Source: Phoronis australis (lineage: Eukaryota; Animalia; Phoronida). From it: a stretch of 64,000 nt of DNA. The notes beneath the pieces were generated by a model. The model was not told the origin of the DNA. It saw only the letters and a program-made list of their open reading frames with translations, and made no database searches. The stretch spans positions 193,642 to 257,641 of the forward strand of contig NMRA01000350.1 in the NCBI GenBank assembly GCA_002633005.1, read 5' to 3'. This document shows, piece by piece, positions 1-13,500 of this stretch. Within the stretch, counting starts at the first letter, position 1, and every line of letters starts with the position of its first letter. The position numbers were made by a program, and so were the translations under genes.

Positions 1-239
1 TTCGTGCAACCACAACGACGGCAGGACCACAACAGTAGAAATAGTGGTATCGCGATAGTAGTATTAGAACACATTAGTGGTACTGGAATTTTCCGTAGAT
101 AAGCCCATGGGCGTGTATTCGGAGAATGAAAAAAAAATTCAGGGGCTTTGCTGACACCAAGCAAACTCCCGGGCGTTTATTTGGCATAAATTCCCGAATA
201 ATGACCCCTGGCTTTTCATCGGATCGGTTTATCTACAGA

Positions 240-1230
240 CTATCCCGGTAGCAACAGTAATAGTAGAAGTATAAGTATAAGTAGTGCTGGTGGTGGTTGT
301 AGTAGTAACAACAGCAGTAGAAGTTGTAGAAGCAGCAGCAGCAGCAGCAGCACAGCAGCAGCAGACGTACATGTTGCATAGACTCAGTAGTAGTGGTGGT
401 GGTGGTGGTAATAGTAATGGAGCATGCGCAGACCCAGCCTAAAAATATAGGGGGGCTCGAATTCTTCGATATGCGGACCAACTAGGACTAAAAAAAAGGG
501 GCCACTAGGTTCAGCCCTGCCAATCCTGTATCCGAGCCGAATTGATGTGGACTTTGTGGACTTTTGTCTCGTTTACTCAGACTTATTGTTTCACGGAGGC
601 GGACCTTTTTGCCCACTTCGTCAAGTTGGGGGGCTCGTTCGAGCCCCCGCTGAGTGCGCCCAAGTTAGAGTAGCAGTAGAAGTAGTACTGGTAATAGTAT
701 TAGGTGTTGTAGTTGAAGTAGTAAAAGCAGTAGTGGTAGCAGTGGTAGAAGTGGCAAAACCGAATTAGAATTTGTTCGTAATAAATCCTATCCTTGAATC
801 CTAGTATAGAGCTGCAGTGATTATTTTCAGGGGCTGTGATATACCCTTTCCCCTAGCACTAGGAATAGTTGTAGTAGTAATAGTGATAGTATCAATAGTT
901 GTTGTAGTTAGTGATAGTGGTAGTGGTAGTAGTACTTGTTGTTGTTATCGCAATGGTTGCTGTTGGAGAAGTAGTGGCAGTCTTAGCAGAGTAAAGCGGT
1001 GTATTACAACACGCTAGTAATAGCAGGAACAATAAGAGCAGTTGTAATAACAGTAGAGAGTTGCAGCAGTTAACAGTCCTATAGGTCCAGTGGCAGTAAT
1101 AGAAATAGCAGTAGTTTTAGCAACAACAGCACCTACGGCTCTAACAGCTCCTGCTGTTTTTGCGGTCGTAAACAGTGACAGAAACAAAGAAAGATGCTGC
1201 AGCAAAGGTAACAGCAACACCAACAACACA
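240..1230. repeat. Degenerate trinucleotide (GTA/GCA/GTG/GTT) low-complexity tract, interrupted by an interspersed repeat at 423-662
   Basis: Runs such as agcagcagcagc, gtagtagtggtggtggt and gtagtagtaatagtgatagt. Confidence 0.85.
423..662 (+). mobile_element. ~240-bp interspersed repeat/MITE, copy 1 of 3
   Basis: Shares catgcgc..acccagcctaa, ctttgtctcgttt and gcccacttcg..ggggctcgttcgagcccc with 8671-8920 (+) and 29925-30154 (-). Confidence 0.7.
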
Positions 1231-1495
1231 GTTACCTTTGGAAGCAGTCAATGTAAAATAAATCACCAAGAATTCTACAAACACAGTGAAATGGAAAAGA
1301 ACCCGGATTGATGTTGATGGCAGAAATAGCCATGAGCTTGGCTGATGCTAACATGCCAGTCAAAGCAGTCTACTGCTCAGTGCTGGAATTGAGCAAAATA
1401 GTAAAACATTGTGAACGTCTTGTTCCGCAGAAGTTAAGTAATGGCGCTTGCAGTAACTTACGGTACTTAAAAGTTTCATGCTTGGTGTGCCTTAC

Positions 1496-1543
1496 CTTAA
1501 GTTTAGCTTTCATAATGTTCATATTCATTTTTCCGGGAATTCC
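1496..1543 (-). CDS. Collagen exon, 48 bp ([16 protein letters not shown]): first helix interruption or end of helix
   Basis: CAG acceptor, AAG|GTAAGG donor, starts with GIP-GKM. A second possible donor (GTAAG) lies at 1461. Confidence 0.7.
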
Positions 1544-4500
1544 CTGTCAAATTAACCAACAGAAAATAAAGTCAATAACCAATGACAAGGCAGCCAGTCT
1601 CACATTTTTCTAACGACAACCCGCAAGAAAATACATTGCTCGTAAAAATGCGTTTTCATGAGAAAATTTCTAAAAATGATTAATCAGCTCGTTGGAAAAG
1701 AATTCAGTTTCCTCGACAAAAGAACATTGTTCATGTACAACTGAGGTAGTATTAAATTATTACGCCCAGGTGAATGCTCATTCCACAACGGGCTTTTGAT
1801 AAAGGCATTTCGCCAAAAACATGAATGTTATAACATTCATTATTTCTGCCAGAATTGAAACAGCCCCTTTCTCATCTTGTCATGTTATTGTTCTGGCCAC
1901 AGTTTTGTAACAGTACTCGGGGAAGCAAGTGTATGAATGAGTTAAGAAACTTGAAGGATATATCATCTAAGACAATTTTGCGCATATAATCGAATAGGTC
2001 GTGGTAATTGCTTATGTCTGCATAAATCCAGTGGCTTCGATATTTACTTACTCTTTCGCCCTTAGCACCCTTTGATCCAGGTATGCCCTTGAATGCAAAT
2101 AGAAAAAAGTTAAAAGGCGGAAACTAAAACCTTTACAATGTGATCAAAAAAGTTTGAATTCGGTTACCAGCAGATTTGCTATGATATTTAGAGTATTTCT
2201 TCATCAATTTGTGTACTTTTAATCAAGATATAAACGTAAAAATAAAAAGAGTTTTTTTGTTTGACGTCCGGGGCCCGTTCCAAGAAACTGGGTTAAGTTC
2301 GTTTATGACTTAGTTCTAGGGTTTGTCTCAACTTCCGCACTCTGAAACTCCCATATCCGTTAAGTTAGTCGAACTTAAGACAAAACTTCAGTAAAAAACT
2401 TACGTCAAATTCAATATCAATTTCATCGAACGGACTTCAGAAAAATTGGAGTTTTATCTTGACATTGGCTTAAATTTAAGTTTTGTCTTGGTTAAGTCAG
2501 TTTTCCTGGAACGGGTTCCTGGTCTCCGCCATTGTGTTGTACACCCGTCCGAATAATGTCACACTGACCCAACCATACTGAATTCGGGGTTTAATGAGAT
2601 TTATGCCACTCTGACATAAATCCTATTATTTGGGCAAACACTTTTCTACAGACCTTCAAGCTTCATATCCAACTCGTAGTTAGTCTCTATCTAATCCGAC
2701 GGTAGCGCTGGTTGTTCATTCTCTCCTGCTTACGGTTGGCCCAGCCACAAGCAACAGCACATTCACTCGCAAGTTTTTCCCAATTAGACAATTTCATTCC
2801 TTTGTTTTATTTGCCTCCAATAAATGAAAGCTACGGCCTAAAACGACCTGCAGTCTCGTTTCCTCAAAAAATCTCTACGTTAGATGAGTCTCTAATGAAA
2901 CGCTTTGCGAATTTCGTTGACGCAGCATTACGAACTAAGACAGTTATGTTAAGTAAAATAAGTATACTCCATCCATAGATATTTTTGATGTCTTAACCAC
3001 TGGCGTAGCCAGAAGTTTTCAACAGGTGGGGCCAAATTTTGGTAACCGATTTGGCGACCGTCCGGGACGGGTGGTTCCCGCTTTCCACAATAATATGCAA
3101 TGCATCAATGCTTGTCCGTAGAAATCATTTTGCTGAATAAGGTTTGATCGTGTGTTTCTTTAATTCTTTATTTCATTTTTTCTTAATATAAAGACTGTCA
3201 TTAAAGAAAAGTATCTGTGTTTAATCAATTCTGCATATCTCAAAATAAAGCAAATGCATCAAGGAAAATGTTTGCCTAAGACAAAACATCATGCACAGAC
3301 GCGTGCGCGCGGGCGCGTAAACACACACACATCATCTAAGTTATGAAATCATAATTATTGTAGATTAAGTAATAGGGGTTTCTCAAAAAGAGTTTGACGG
3401 GGTTGGATTTCCTTAGCATGCAGTAATTACAAAGGCAGTACTTAACTTTTGTGTAAGTAGGATTCGTCTGGTCTTTATAGCATTTATGAATGAAATGTTG
3501 ACAAATAATTAGTAAAGCAATCAAAATAACGTTTTATTTAAAATTAAATCGTGTTGTGCGTTTAAGAAGAGTTGGAGTTTGTGAAGGTCGTACCATAAAA
3601 ATCTTACAGTCGCATTCTACACACATCTTGATTAAAGGCTCCGCAAGATGCAAAGTTGTCTCCACTAATTATAAATCGCATTTTTTTAACAACACGTACT
3701 GTCAAGCTGTATTCCATATCTACTGCAATGTTTCTAGAAAACAAAGTAGTTATTTTATTTGACTGGAAAGATATTACGCACTTTGACCTTCATTACACGT
3801 CTTAAAGCAGCATAATTAGTCCACTATGAAAGCTTACGTATTTCTTTCAAAATCTATCAGGTCAGGAGTTTTGTTTTCAAAATCCAAAATACTCCCATCC
3901 ATCAACATGTTTCTGTCGGTTCACACTATTCAATTTTCAATTGTTTTGGTCCTTATATAAGTAGTGAATGATGTCTTTCTGAAGCGATCGAGATATTATG
4001 GTGAAAGGTATCAAGATTTGCAAGAGACAACTTTCTACAACTTGATTTCAAGACCACAATACATCCATATGCTTTGGAAACGTAGTTTAAAAACACTTAA
4101 AAACACCTAAAAACCCTTAAAAACACCACCGTTTCCATCCCACTTTACTGGAGTTCTGAAAATATTTACAGCAGGAACTAAAAAACCAGGATTTGCACGA
4201 GCATTTACAATCACGTTTTATTTTAATTCTTATGGGTTTACTTTACCAAAAGCAAATTTTATTATAAATTTATAGTGTTTACTTTCGTTCCACTTACGCT
4301 ACACATGTCTATCTCAAAATTGCTCATTACATAGAAGGTGCTCATATTTTGACTACAGTAATTCTGCATAATCAGGAAATGTTTTGGCTTTTCCCAATAG
4401 AAACTGAGAGACTTTTAAACGATTTAATTGTAAGATTAAAATTTAAGAAATCGTTTTCTTGTTCATTATGGTGAAATGCATACCCAAGCTCACGATTGGT

Positions 4501-7500
4501 TTGCCAATCCACTTGAAACCGTAAAGTGAATCTGGACGCTTTCTCGACCTAGGTATACATGTAGATAACCCTTTACACTTGTTGACATTTAGCAGTAGTA
4601 TAGGCCACACAATCCGAAATTCAAAACAATTTAGACAATTTATGCCATAATTTTATCTTGTAGAAGTTAAGCTGTATCATTGGTACACTGGAGAATTTTA
4701 CTTCGGTTTCTTAAATTTGTCGTTACCACTTCCCATCGACGAGTATTCTACATGTACGTCAAGCTAGGTTGTTAGAGAACTCATAAAGACGAATTCTGGA
4801 TGTGGTTGTACGTCGTCTTGGAGAATACCTGACTTTACCGAAGGCCATCAGTGTCTTTATTGACTGAAAGGTGTTTCCAGTAAAAAGCACGCCACTAGAC
4901 ACGGTGAAGTGGAAGTCGGGCATCCCACAGACGGGAGCACAACTGTCCCTCGTGCCCGAGTGTCCCGCGACGCACCCAACTGGAAATTTCTAACCCATTC
5001 TTTAGTCAATGAATCCACAATAAACTGATCAAAGTTTTGGTCACCGGCCTGCTCACTGGATGATGAACTGTCCTCACCACTGGTGTCGAATTGGGCCTGT
5101 ATTCACACCCACTACTCAACATCGGTGCATAGCTGCTTACAGGCTCTGGGCTAGAACAACATCAGCACAGGGCGAATCACAGGTGCATACCGGTACATGT
5201 AGTTCCCGGAATTGCACGCTCTAGGCGTACATTCGAAGGAACGGGTGACTAGCTGAAGGGCCTCGAGTCACTGTAGAGGTAACAGCTTCAAAAATGCACT
5301 TCTGGGAAATGGTGAAGAAGTGGCACCCTTCTTCAGGCGGTGTGTTTCAGGAAAGTTTATCACTTCCGCGTATACATGTATATCTCTTTCGTAATCCGAC
5401 TTAGGAAAATGCTTCCCACGCACTCAGTAGTTCTCCACTGCTTTGTACTAGGGTCACCACGGCCACGGAAGTAAGTGTTTAACTTTTTGTGTTATCCACA
5501 TAGCGTACAAACTTAATTTTTAAATCGAATGTACATGTACTCTGTACCTTCTAGTTCTACTGTATACTGTAATTATTATTGTAATTATGTATATTATCAA
5601 ATAAAGTACTACAATTGTTAATAATACGTTGCGTGGACGGGTACGTTCTTCACAAGTCAGCGAGCCAAGTACGGCAGAGCATGTCATCCGATCGGAAAGC
5701 GATGTAATGGCCCAGAGTGCGCGTGAGACTATAATGAGTGCATCCCGATGTGCATCAACCTTGAAGAATGTTGATTAACTCGTAAACAAACACAAACGAC
5801 GACCGAACGTATCACAACCGAGGTAAAACAATGACTAACTAGACAGGTCATACAATCAGACTACTGTATATGAAAACAAAATGGCGGCAAATTTTAAACC
5901 CTCACAACGTCACGTCTGAAATAGGGCATGACCTAATCAGTTAAATTACGGGAAGTCGTAATTACCTGAAAATTGTGTCTGATGTAATCAGCGAACCTTG
6001 TTTATATTAAAATTGACATGAACTAATGGTTGTTTTCTCCTTTAACGTTTGAAAAATAAAGTCCCATTTTGTTGCATTACATGCTTCGAAAATTGTAAAA
6101 ATAGAAAAGGACCCTGACCATAAGTAATATTTGTATATTTAAATAATCTTCTGTTTTACCATCATATTAGTTGAAGGGGCTGTAGTAGTTCGTAGCCGGT
6201 GTTTTGTGTTGATTTTGGTCGCTAGTCATCCAGGGCCAGTTGTTCGGCGTATGGCCCCTGGTCTCTGTGGCGTAAATACTTCCTCAACTAAAACCTTCAT
6301 ATACTTTAAGCAAAGGCTTTTTGAATTCATGCCAGAAACATTTTTAACTGAACCTTGTAATTCCGGGAAACGCAATTGTTTTTCTAATTTTAAAACCTCA
6401 AAACTTTCACCATCCGTTGAATATAAAAAAAACATCTAGAGGCTCAACACCACACGGGAATTTCGTTCGTGATAGGTGTAACAGTTGGAGTTCCCATTTG
6501 AGAAACTATGAAAACATCACTGTAATAATTAACTATTTTCTGTCTTATTTTATCAAGATCTTTTATCAACTGCCCATTTTATAAAATTCTCTTTTCCTGT
6601 GAATCTTGATGTACATTTATAGGTAGCAAAGTAAAGCTGAGCTACTTTCTCTGTACTCTATTAACTGTCCTTGCTATCCTCATTTTCGTACAAAATCTCA
6701 TATTTTCTAATCATTGCAGAACAGCTTTTGATCTTTGCAAATTCTGAATAATTCCGTCACTAATTCTACCTGCTTCCAATTCTGAGTTATTAATCAGATC
6801 AATCAACTTCTCTTTCCCAGCATTTTCTAATTTCTTCATCTTCTGGTACGTCGTGGTATGTTCCCTTATTTTCATTTTAAATATTAGCATTTTTGTTGCC
6901 TAGGTAATTTCACTCGTTATCACATATTTTTTGTCTTTGAAATATCGGCGCCTGATCGTCGTTCGATCTGACTCTGCAAGCGAAATTTCTTCCTAAACGG
7001 TATCAAAACAGATTCAGGAACAAATGAAGACTGACGTGAAAACTTTATTTGCTCGTTGTGTTGCTCAAAGTCCGCAACTTTATCCGCTTACTCAGGAGCT
7101 CACATGCGCACTCCGAGTAATACTTTTTGTTGAAGAATATCCAAGTTACCCAACCTTGCGCGAACGCTGAAAAAATCTTTGAATTGAATAGGCGGATCAT
7201 GACCCCGTTGTGCCCCACCTTGGCTATGCCAGTGGCCTTAACTGAAGTACTTACTCATCCGGGTGAGTCAAAAGTATTGTTCGTGTGCAACGGTATGCTA
7301 ATCTTGTGAACTTGCGATTATTTCGCTTATTTTGTAAACTCAGATATGCAAAACGGAGATTATAAATAAGTTCAGTATGCTTCACTTAGGTGTGAACCAA
7401 ACAACATATTCACCGTTGATCCTTTTTCTCCCTTTTGTCCATTCCTACCAGGTAAACCTTTCTCACCCTGGAACAACGAGACAAATGGTCGTTGAGTACA

Positions 7501-10500
7501 CAGGAATTTAAAAGTCTCTTGAAAACAAAATCCGAGTAAAAACGCGTATACCATATGTCTGTCTTAATGGACTGATTTCTCTGGCATGCGCCGGCAGTCA
7601 ACCTGAGACGTGGGTTTGTCGCTATGGAACTTAAATTTGTCAGTTCAATCATTCGTCTCCTACCCAGGAAAATTTACTACACATGCGTTATAATCTGGTG
7701 GTGAAAATCGACTGATTGTACTTACATTCTTGCCTTTGCATCCTGATAGTCCTCGCTCACCTCTGGGGCCAGGTAATCCCTGTTTGCCTGGCTTACCGTC
7801 GACTCCAGGAATTCCAGGGAAGCCCCTTGAACCCTGGCGGAAATTACATAATCAGCAAGCACGTTCTGCAAGTCTGCCTGGACGATTGAGACATGGTTTA
7901 ACATTTGGTCCAATTGCGTTTCATGTCTCATTATTATCAGTTTTCATAATACTATTCTCTAGTATCATATCAAACGTAAATAACAACTGATTAAATTACA
8001 CATCTCGATTGTAGCGACACCAGAGGTCGCAGTATGACGCTTAATTTTCCAACGCTCGCTGGTTCTATGCGTGCCTAGTCTCGCCAGCACGCAAGTAGGC
8101 CTATCACGCAGTGGCACGCGCTTTAACATTGGTTGATGTAACCTAAGCAGTCATTGGTTAACTTTACAACACCGTGAAAAAATGGCGGACTGTGAACGAT
8201 TTTTAGCCTTGTCATACAAGTGGCGTCGCAGCAACTATTTCGTTTCTGCAGTGATGTTCAATAGCCGCGTGCTTCAAGCACATACATGTACAATAAACAC
8301 TCTGGCCGATCTAACCGTTGTGTTATTCATAGTGTATGAGAATATAGATGTAGGACAGTATCGCGCACTCAAATCATCGACAGTAGAAAGTTACACTCCG
8401 AAAAGAGCAATCACAATTTCTAGGATTCACCTTTCCTATACATAAATTTTAAGCACCGATTTGATACCCCCGTGCTGGCTACAGACCACCTATCGGCACA
8501 CAGGGAACCAGCGAGTTTTCCAACAGAGCTGGAGGCCATTGCGATGATGGAGCTAAACCTCCGACCACTCAATGACAGAGCATATTAAAAGCGTTTCTTA
8601 GACTGGCGTTGATTTCAACAAACGTCGGCCAGAAAAAAATGACAATTAGCGATTTACTATAGAATCATAACATGCGCGCACCCAGCCTAAGAAATTGGGA
8701 ATCGAATTTTTGAGAATGTAGGCCTGTTACTAAGATTCACGGGGTATTCAGAGCTATGAATTGTGCATTCGCGAATTTCTGAAGTTACTGCCTTTTAGTG
8801 GTTCTTTGTCTCGTTTTCTACTTTTTCAGAACTTTTGTTTCTATGAGTTGGATCTTTTAGCCCACTTCGCCAAATAGGGGCTCGTTCGAGCCCCCCCCCC
8901 CCCTGGGTGCGTGTGTGCATAACCGTGGTCAGAGCAAATAACTTGAAGAAGTCTATCCCGTTCAACAAAAATCTCAAATATTGTGTTTTCGGCAGTAAAA
9001 CCGAGAGTTAGTATTCATAATTGCACAACAGTACCATACACTCAATGTTCATAACGGTAAGATTGACCACCACTAATTTGTCTTATCTGATTTCCTCCGC
9101 GCCACTCCGGAGTCCGTCGTGACCTCTGGGTTGGTCTTTTATACCTTTTTCATAAAAATGGACCAAAAGATTCAAAATACATTCCACGGTAAGCAAAATA
9201 TGCCAGATTTTCCCGAAGAGCACATGAAAAACATAGTGGGAAAATGATGGCAAAAACGGCTGTTAAAAGGGTATACAAGCAGAGTCAGTCCATATGAAAC
9301 CGCTTTTTTCAAATCTCTCAAATTTGGAATAAGTATTTGAATGAAATCAGGCCAATTTTTTCTCTCTACACCCAACTAAATCGGGAGGTTTCACATCCTC
9401 GACACCAGACCAGAATTAACGCCCCTGTCTACAGTCCTTAGCAAACTCTCGAGTGTATTGCAAATACGCTCGCGTTAATTTGCATTGCTTCGTAAGATCC
9501 CGCAAAGAACCGCGAGACTCTGTGGATGTAGTGTGTGTTTTTAATTAAACTTTACCCTTTCACCATTGGCGCCATCTCTGCCAGGAGTCCCATCGCTTCC
9601 TGGTGGTCCAGTAGAGCCCCTTTTTCCTGCGGCTCCTTGCTGCCCAGGCTCTCCTTGCGGACCTGTAGGGCCTACAGGACCCTGCAAGAGAAAATCACAT
9701 CTATGGCTTATATTGTCTTTGCTTTCAAATGTTATTTATGCAGTTCTAGTTGATGTTCATATAATTTTTCGGACTGACTAGCTACACGAAATATGAATGA
9801 CGAATGACGTATTTCATGTAAATATGCCTTCCACCCACACTGCAAATATAATAGGCAGAGTACAAGATATCTACAGCGATATTAATTTACACCAAGAAAC
9901 TCGTTTCGACGTCTCTTATTAATTGAATATTGAACAATTTTTCTCAAGTTAATTAAATCATGGGCCTGTAGGAGATCCCTTAATACTGCCTCATCCACCT
10001 TGTCGAATCTAGGTAAAAACGGTATGCACAAATCTGAATGTAATTTATATCTGAGAAGAAAGTGTATTTCTGATTCCACCTTTACACTATTTGGGCAGGG
10101 CCATGTTTTCTCCTCTCTACCAAGACCACTGAGCCTTCCCTTAACTATCATTGAAGTATGAGCCGAACATCTAAATATTGCGAGGGTTGTTGTAGGTGAA
10201 CTGTTTCCAAGACCTGTTATGCATTTCTCAATAGCAAAATCAAGTTTTACAATTTTATAGGAAGATATACTACATCCTCGACCCTTTTTTCTCTTAGATA
10301 TTGTAATGACCGGCGCTGAAGTGTAATGATTTGAAAATGTGTCATTGAAAGCTTTATTAAGAGTCCTCGGGATCATCAAGTTCGTATTGGGGAACCACGT
10401 AAGGAAAGTGGGAAAGTGTGTTCTGAAGCTTTGAACATACCTGGTCACCCTTCTGTCCACCTGGGCCCGGATTTCCAGGAACACCCTGAGTGCAGAAACA

Positions 10501-13500
10501 GACGATGAATTAGTGAATATTGACCAACGGGTAACATGCAAACGAGTTAGATTTATCCACAACTAGAGGACCTAGACCGCAGCAATTCCTCTTTATTTCC
10601 TTCCGCCTAAGTGTTTAAGAGTGTGCCGCACGTGGCGCTTCAACCAAATTTGGTGTTATTTACAACGTACACTCTGTTGAAGGCCAATCTTGATTGTGAA
10701 ATGATACTATAAGTACAAAACCAACACAGGGTTACATTCCGTATAGCAAGTTTCTTGCACGGCAAGCTAGGTATCGCCATTCATTATAAGCAAAACATGT
10801 GGTCATACTAGCTTCAATTGCGAGTGTCTTGCGTGTACGTAACGCACCTCAGATAACAGTAGCATGAGGGTATTTACAATAAACTGGGTCCAAATAGTAA
10901 GTCTGTAACAGCTCAGGTAAAACAAACTGACAAAGATTATCAGTAAGACAAAAACAAGTGGAAAACAGTAACTGCTTGCCCTTCAAATGCACTATAAGTA
11001 CATCACTTGGATGGATTCAATATAGATTTACATAGAACATTGGCTACCAATTCATTTTGTTATGAAATAAAAGATGTAGATTCGGATTAATGGATGTTCT
11101 CTAGAAACGTTGGAACAAATTCTATGACTGTTATTGTGACTAAACTTGAATGTTTGTTAAATGAAATCTGTTATTAGTTGCTGAACAAAAATTCTTCGTT
11201 AGGCACTGAGTAAGGAAACTATGTTATTTAGGTTTCCTATCTGTAACCTTAAAATTTTTGAATAAAACATAACAACTGTATCTAGTTTTAAGTTGTCCTG
11301 GAAAACATGGAGATAAATAATTAAATACATAAACATTGAAAATAATTAAAGAAACGTAGCAAGCTGAGCCTCAATCTTGCGTGCTCGCCACTTATATCCC
11401 AACATATGTTTTATCACTCTAGAAAAAGCAATCACTTTTTATTGTTCATAATTGCTAGCAATTGTAGAAGCACGTTTACAAGAATGTTGATTGCTTTACT
11501 TCTTAGAAAGCAACGCGACTGAAGTCTTGACACTCTTGTAAAAGTATGGACTGAGGAGCACATGTTCTAATATTGCCGTAATCTTTTGCCAAGTTTGATC
11601 ACCTGTGTCTGAAACTCATTGAATATACTAGCACATGTAGTAACTAAACTGATGAGAATAACACCGTGTTCACATGAGAAATCCATAAGACAAATCATTC
11701 ACCGTGATGATTGTTTGCACAGTCATCTACGTGTAATTATCAAATATAAAGAACTTTTTTACGTTTATTTTTACTTGTACCACAAAAGAAACACCTTATT
11801 TGATTGACTTTAAAAGCAGGCGAGCAAAACGAGTACAGAACGATTACCATAGAAGACTGCCCATAAATCACTGTAAGAAAGTCGCAGCATAGATTATAGA
11901 CAACAGATTTGCAACTCCGACACTTTGTTCTGTGCTAACCAAGAGGAGGCGTCGCTATCCTAAATTATCTGGTGCAGTTTCCGGTTAGTATATTTTGAAG
12001 GGAAATTCTCGCATATACTTTTCTGTCCAGTACAACAAAAATATAATAAATTCGGCATTGAAACGCTGTTATAAAGTCTTCCAATAGTAGAATTGTTAGT
12101 ATCGTGAGTAATTTGGCAATGGTGCTGGTAATTAACTACAAAATTCAAACTTCGGTGCCGACTGATTATGTCGTCTGCTCGCACAATACTAGCAGCATAG
12201 TTTTTGGACATTTTGTGATTCATTGTTCACATACTGAGAAAACTACGAAAGCATATTTGTGCACAAATTCCAAGGAGTACCTGTAAATGCAAAAGATACT
12301 TGTATAACGTTTTTGTTTTAGAAAAACATTAATTTTGTTCGGATTAAAAAATGCGCCGCTGCAACAATTTCACTGATTTAACCTTTATATGGTTATAATT
12401 CAATCGTTTCTCAAGTGAGCAGTTCTTCTGGGAAGTGTTAAGTGGCCCTTAAAACGGCCGTTGGATGTACTATGCATGAGCCTTAGGACGTTAGGCATAG
12501 CGTGAAATGGTTCTTAAAAGAACCGTTGAATAATTCAACAAAAATCACACAGTATACCGTGCTCACTCAATTACTGAAGGTGCTCTTCATTTAAGTTTTC
12601 ATCAGGGAAGGTTGCATGAAAAGAGACAAGATGACAATATCGATGACATTTGTAACACCATTGTTACCGTTCACCAACGTTATAACGACCCCTGCCTCGT
12701 TCAGTTCTTGTTCATGGATCCACAGTAATCCTGAACCGCAGGGAATAAAGACATACAACAAAACGAATCAAATTTCGAGAATCCTCGCCTTCGCAGGATT
12801 CAATGATGCTGTCGCCATACCGATATTCTTCCCCAACATCCATGTCGAAAATTGCGTTGCAAGTGATGAAAATTTTGTGTCCTTTGTTTCTAAATGTTAA
12901 CCGATTATTGTCTAATGTTGACAGAGCACGACTTGTGGTTTTTGCAATGCATTAATCGTGTTGAATGCATATATATTAAGTGGCCTCATTGAGTTGAACA
13001 GAAAATAAATTAAACGTAACACACTGAAATTTCGAAAATATAAAGAGCAGTAACAGAATCCCTAAAATCAAGCGTGTTTTCGAAAGGTTTGGGCCCGTAG
13101 ACATCGTTGTATAAAGATGTCTATGTTTGCGCCATTCGTGGCTGGAAAGTGGTAGACCCAGTTATTGTGCACGTGTACACTGTAGCAATGCTTTGTATCT
13201 TATTTTTATTTGGCTAGTCTGTTGATAAAGTAAGTTTTCTTATTCATGCCCATATAGTGATTTGGTCGCAACTTGGGCTTCTTGGGTTCTACCATATTGG
13301 GACTGGCCTAGGGACTCACGTGGTGTTTACTAAAGTTCTCTACGTTGAATTATTGTATACACTACTGTACATTCTTTTAAACCTACTGCGTAGACCTTAA
13401 AAAACAAATTAAGGCTCACGGCAAATCGATTGAAACAGCTTCGAAACATGTGTTATAACAGACAACGATAATTTATTTAGAAGTGCAAATACTTACAGGT

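Larger units (their letters stand above)
2998..7234. mobile_element. hAT-type element ends enclosing nested LINE and THAP-element fragments
   Basis: TIR cactggcgtagcca / tggctatgccagtg, flanked by a near-perfect 8-bp duplication gtcttaac (2990-2997) / gccttaac (7235-7242). Confidence 0.65.

Noticed and set aside
233-1311. Cys/Val/Thr-rich ORFs
   Set aside because: Translations of trinucleotide microsatellite; no domain or splice support.
9882-10562. 226-aa ORF as a gene
   Set aside because: Chance read-through of intron, an out-of-frame collagen exon and a LINE remnant.
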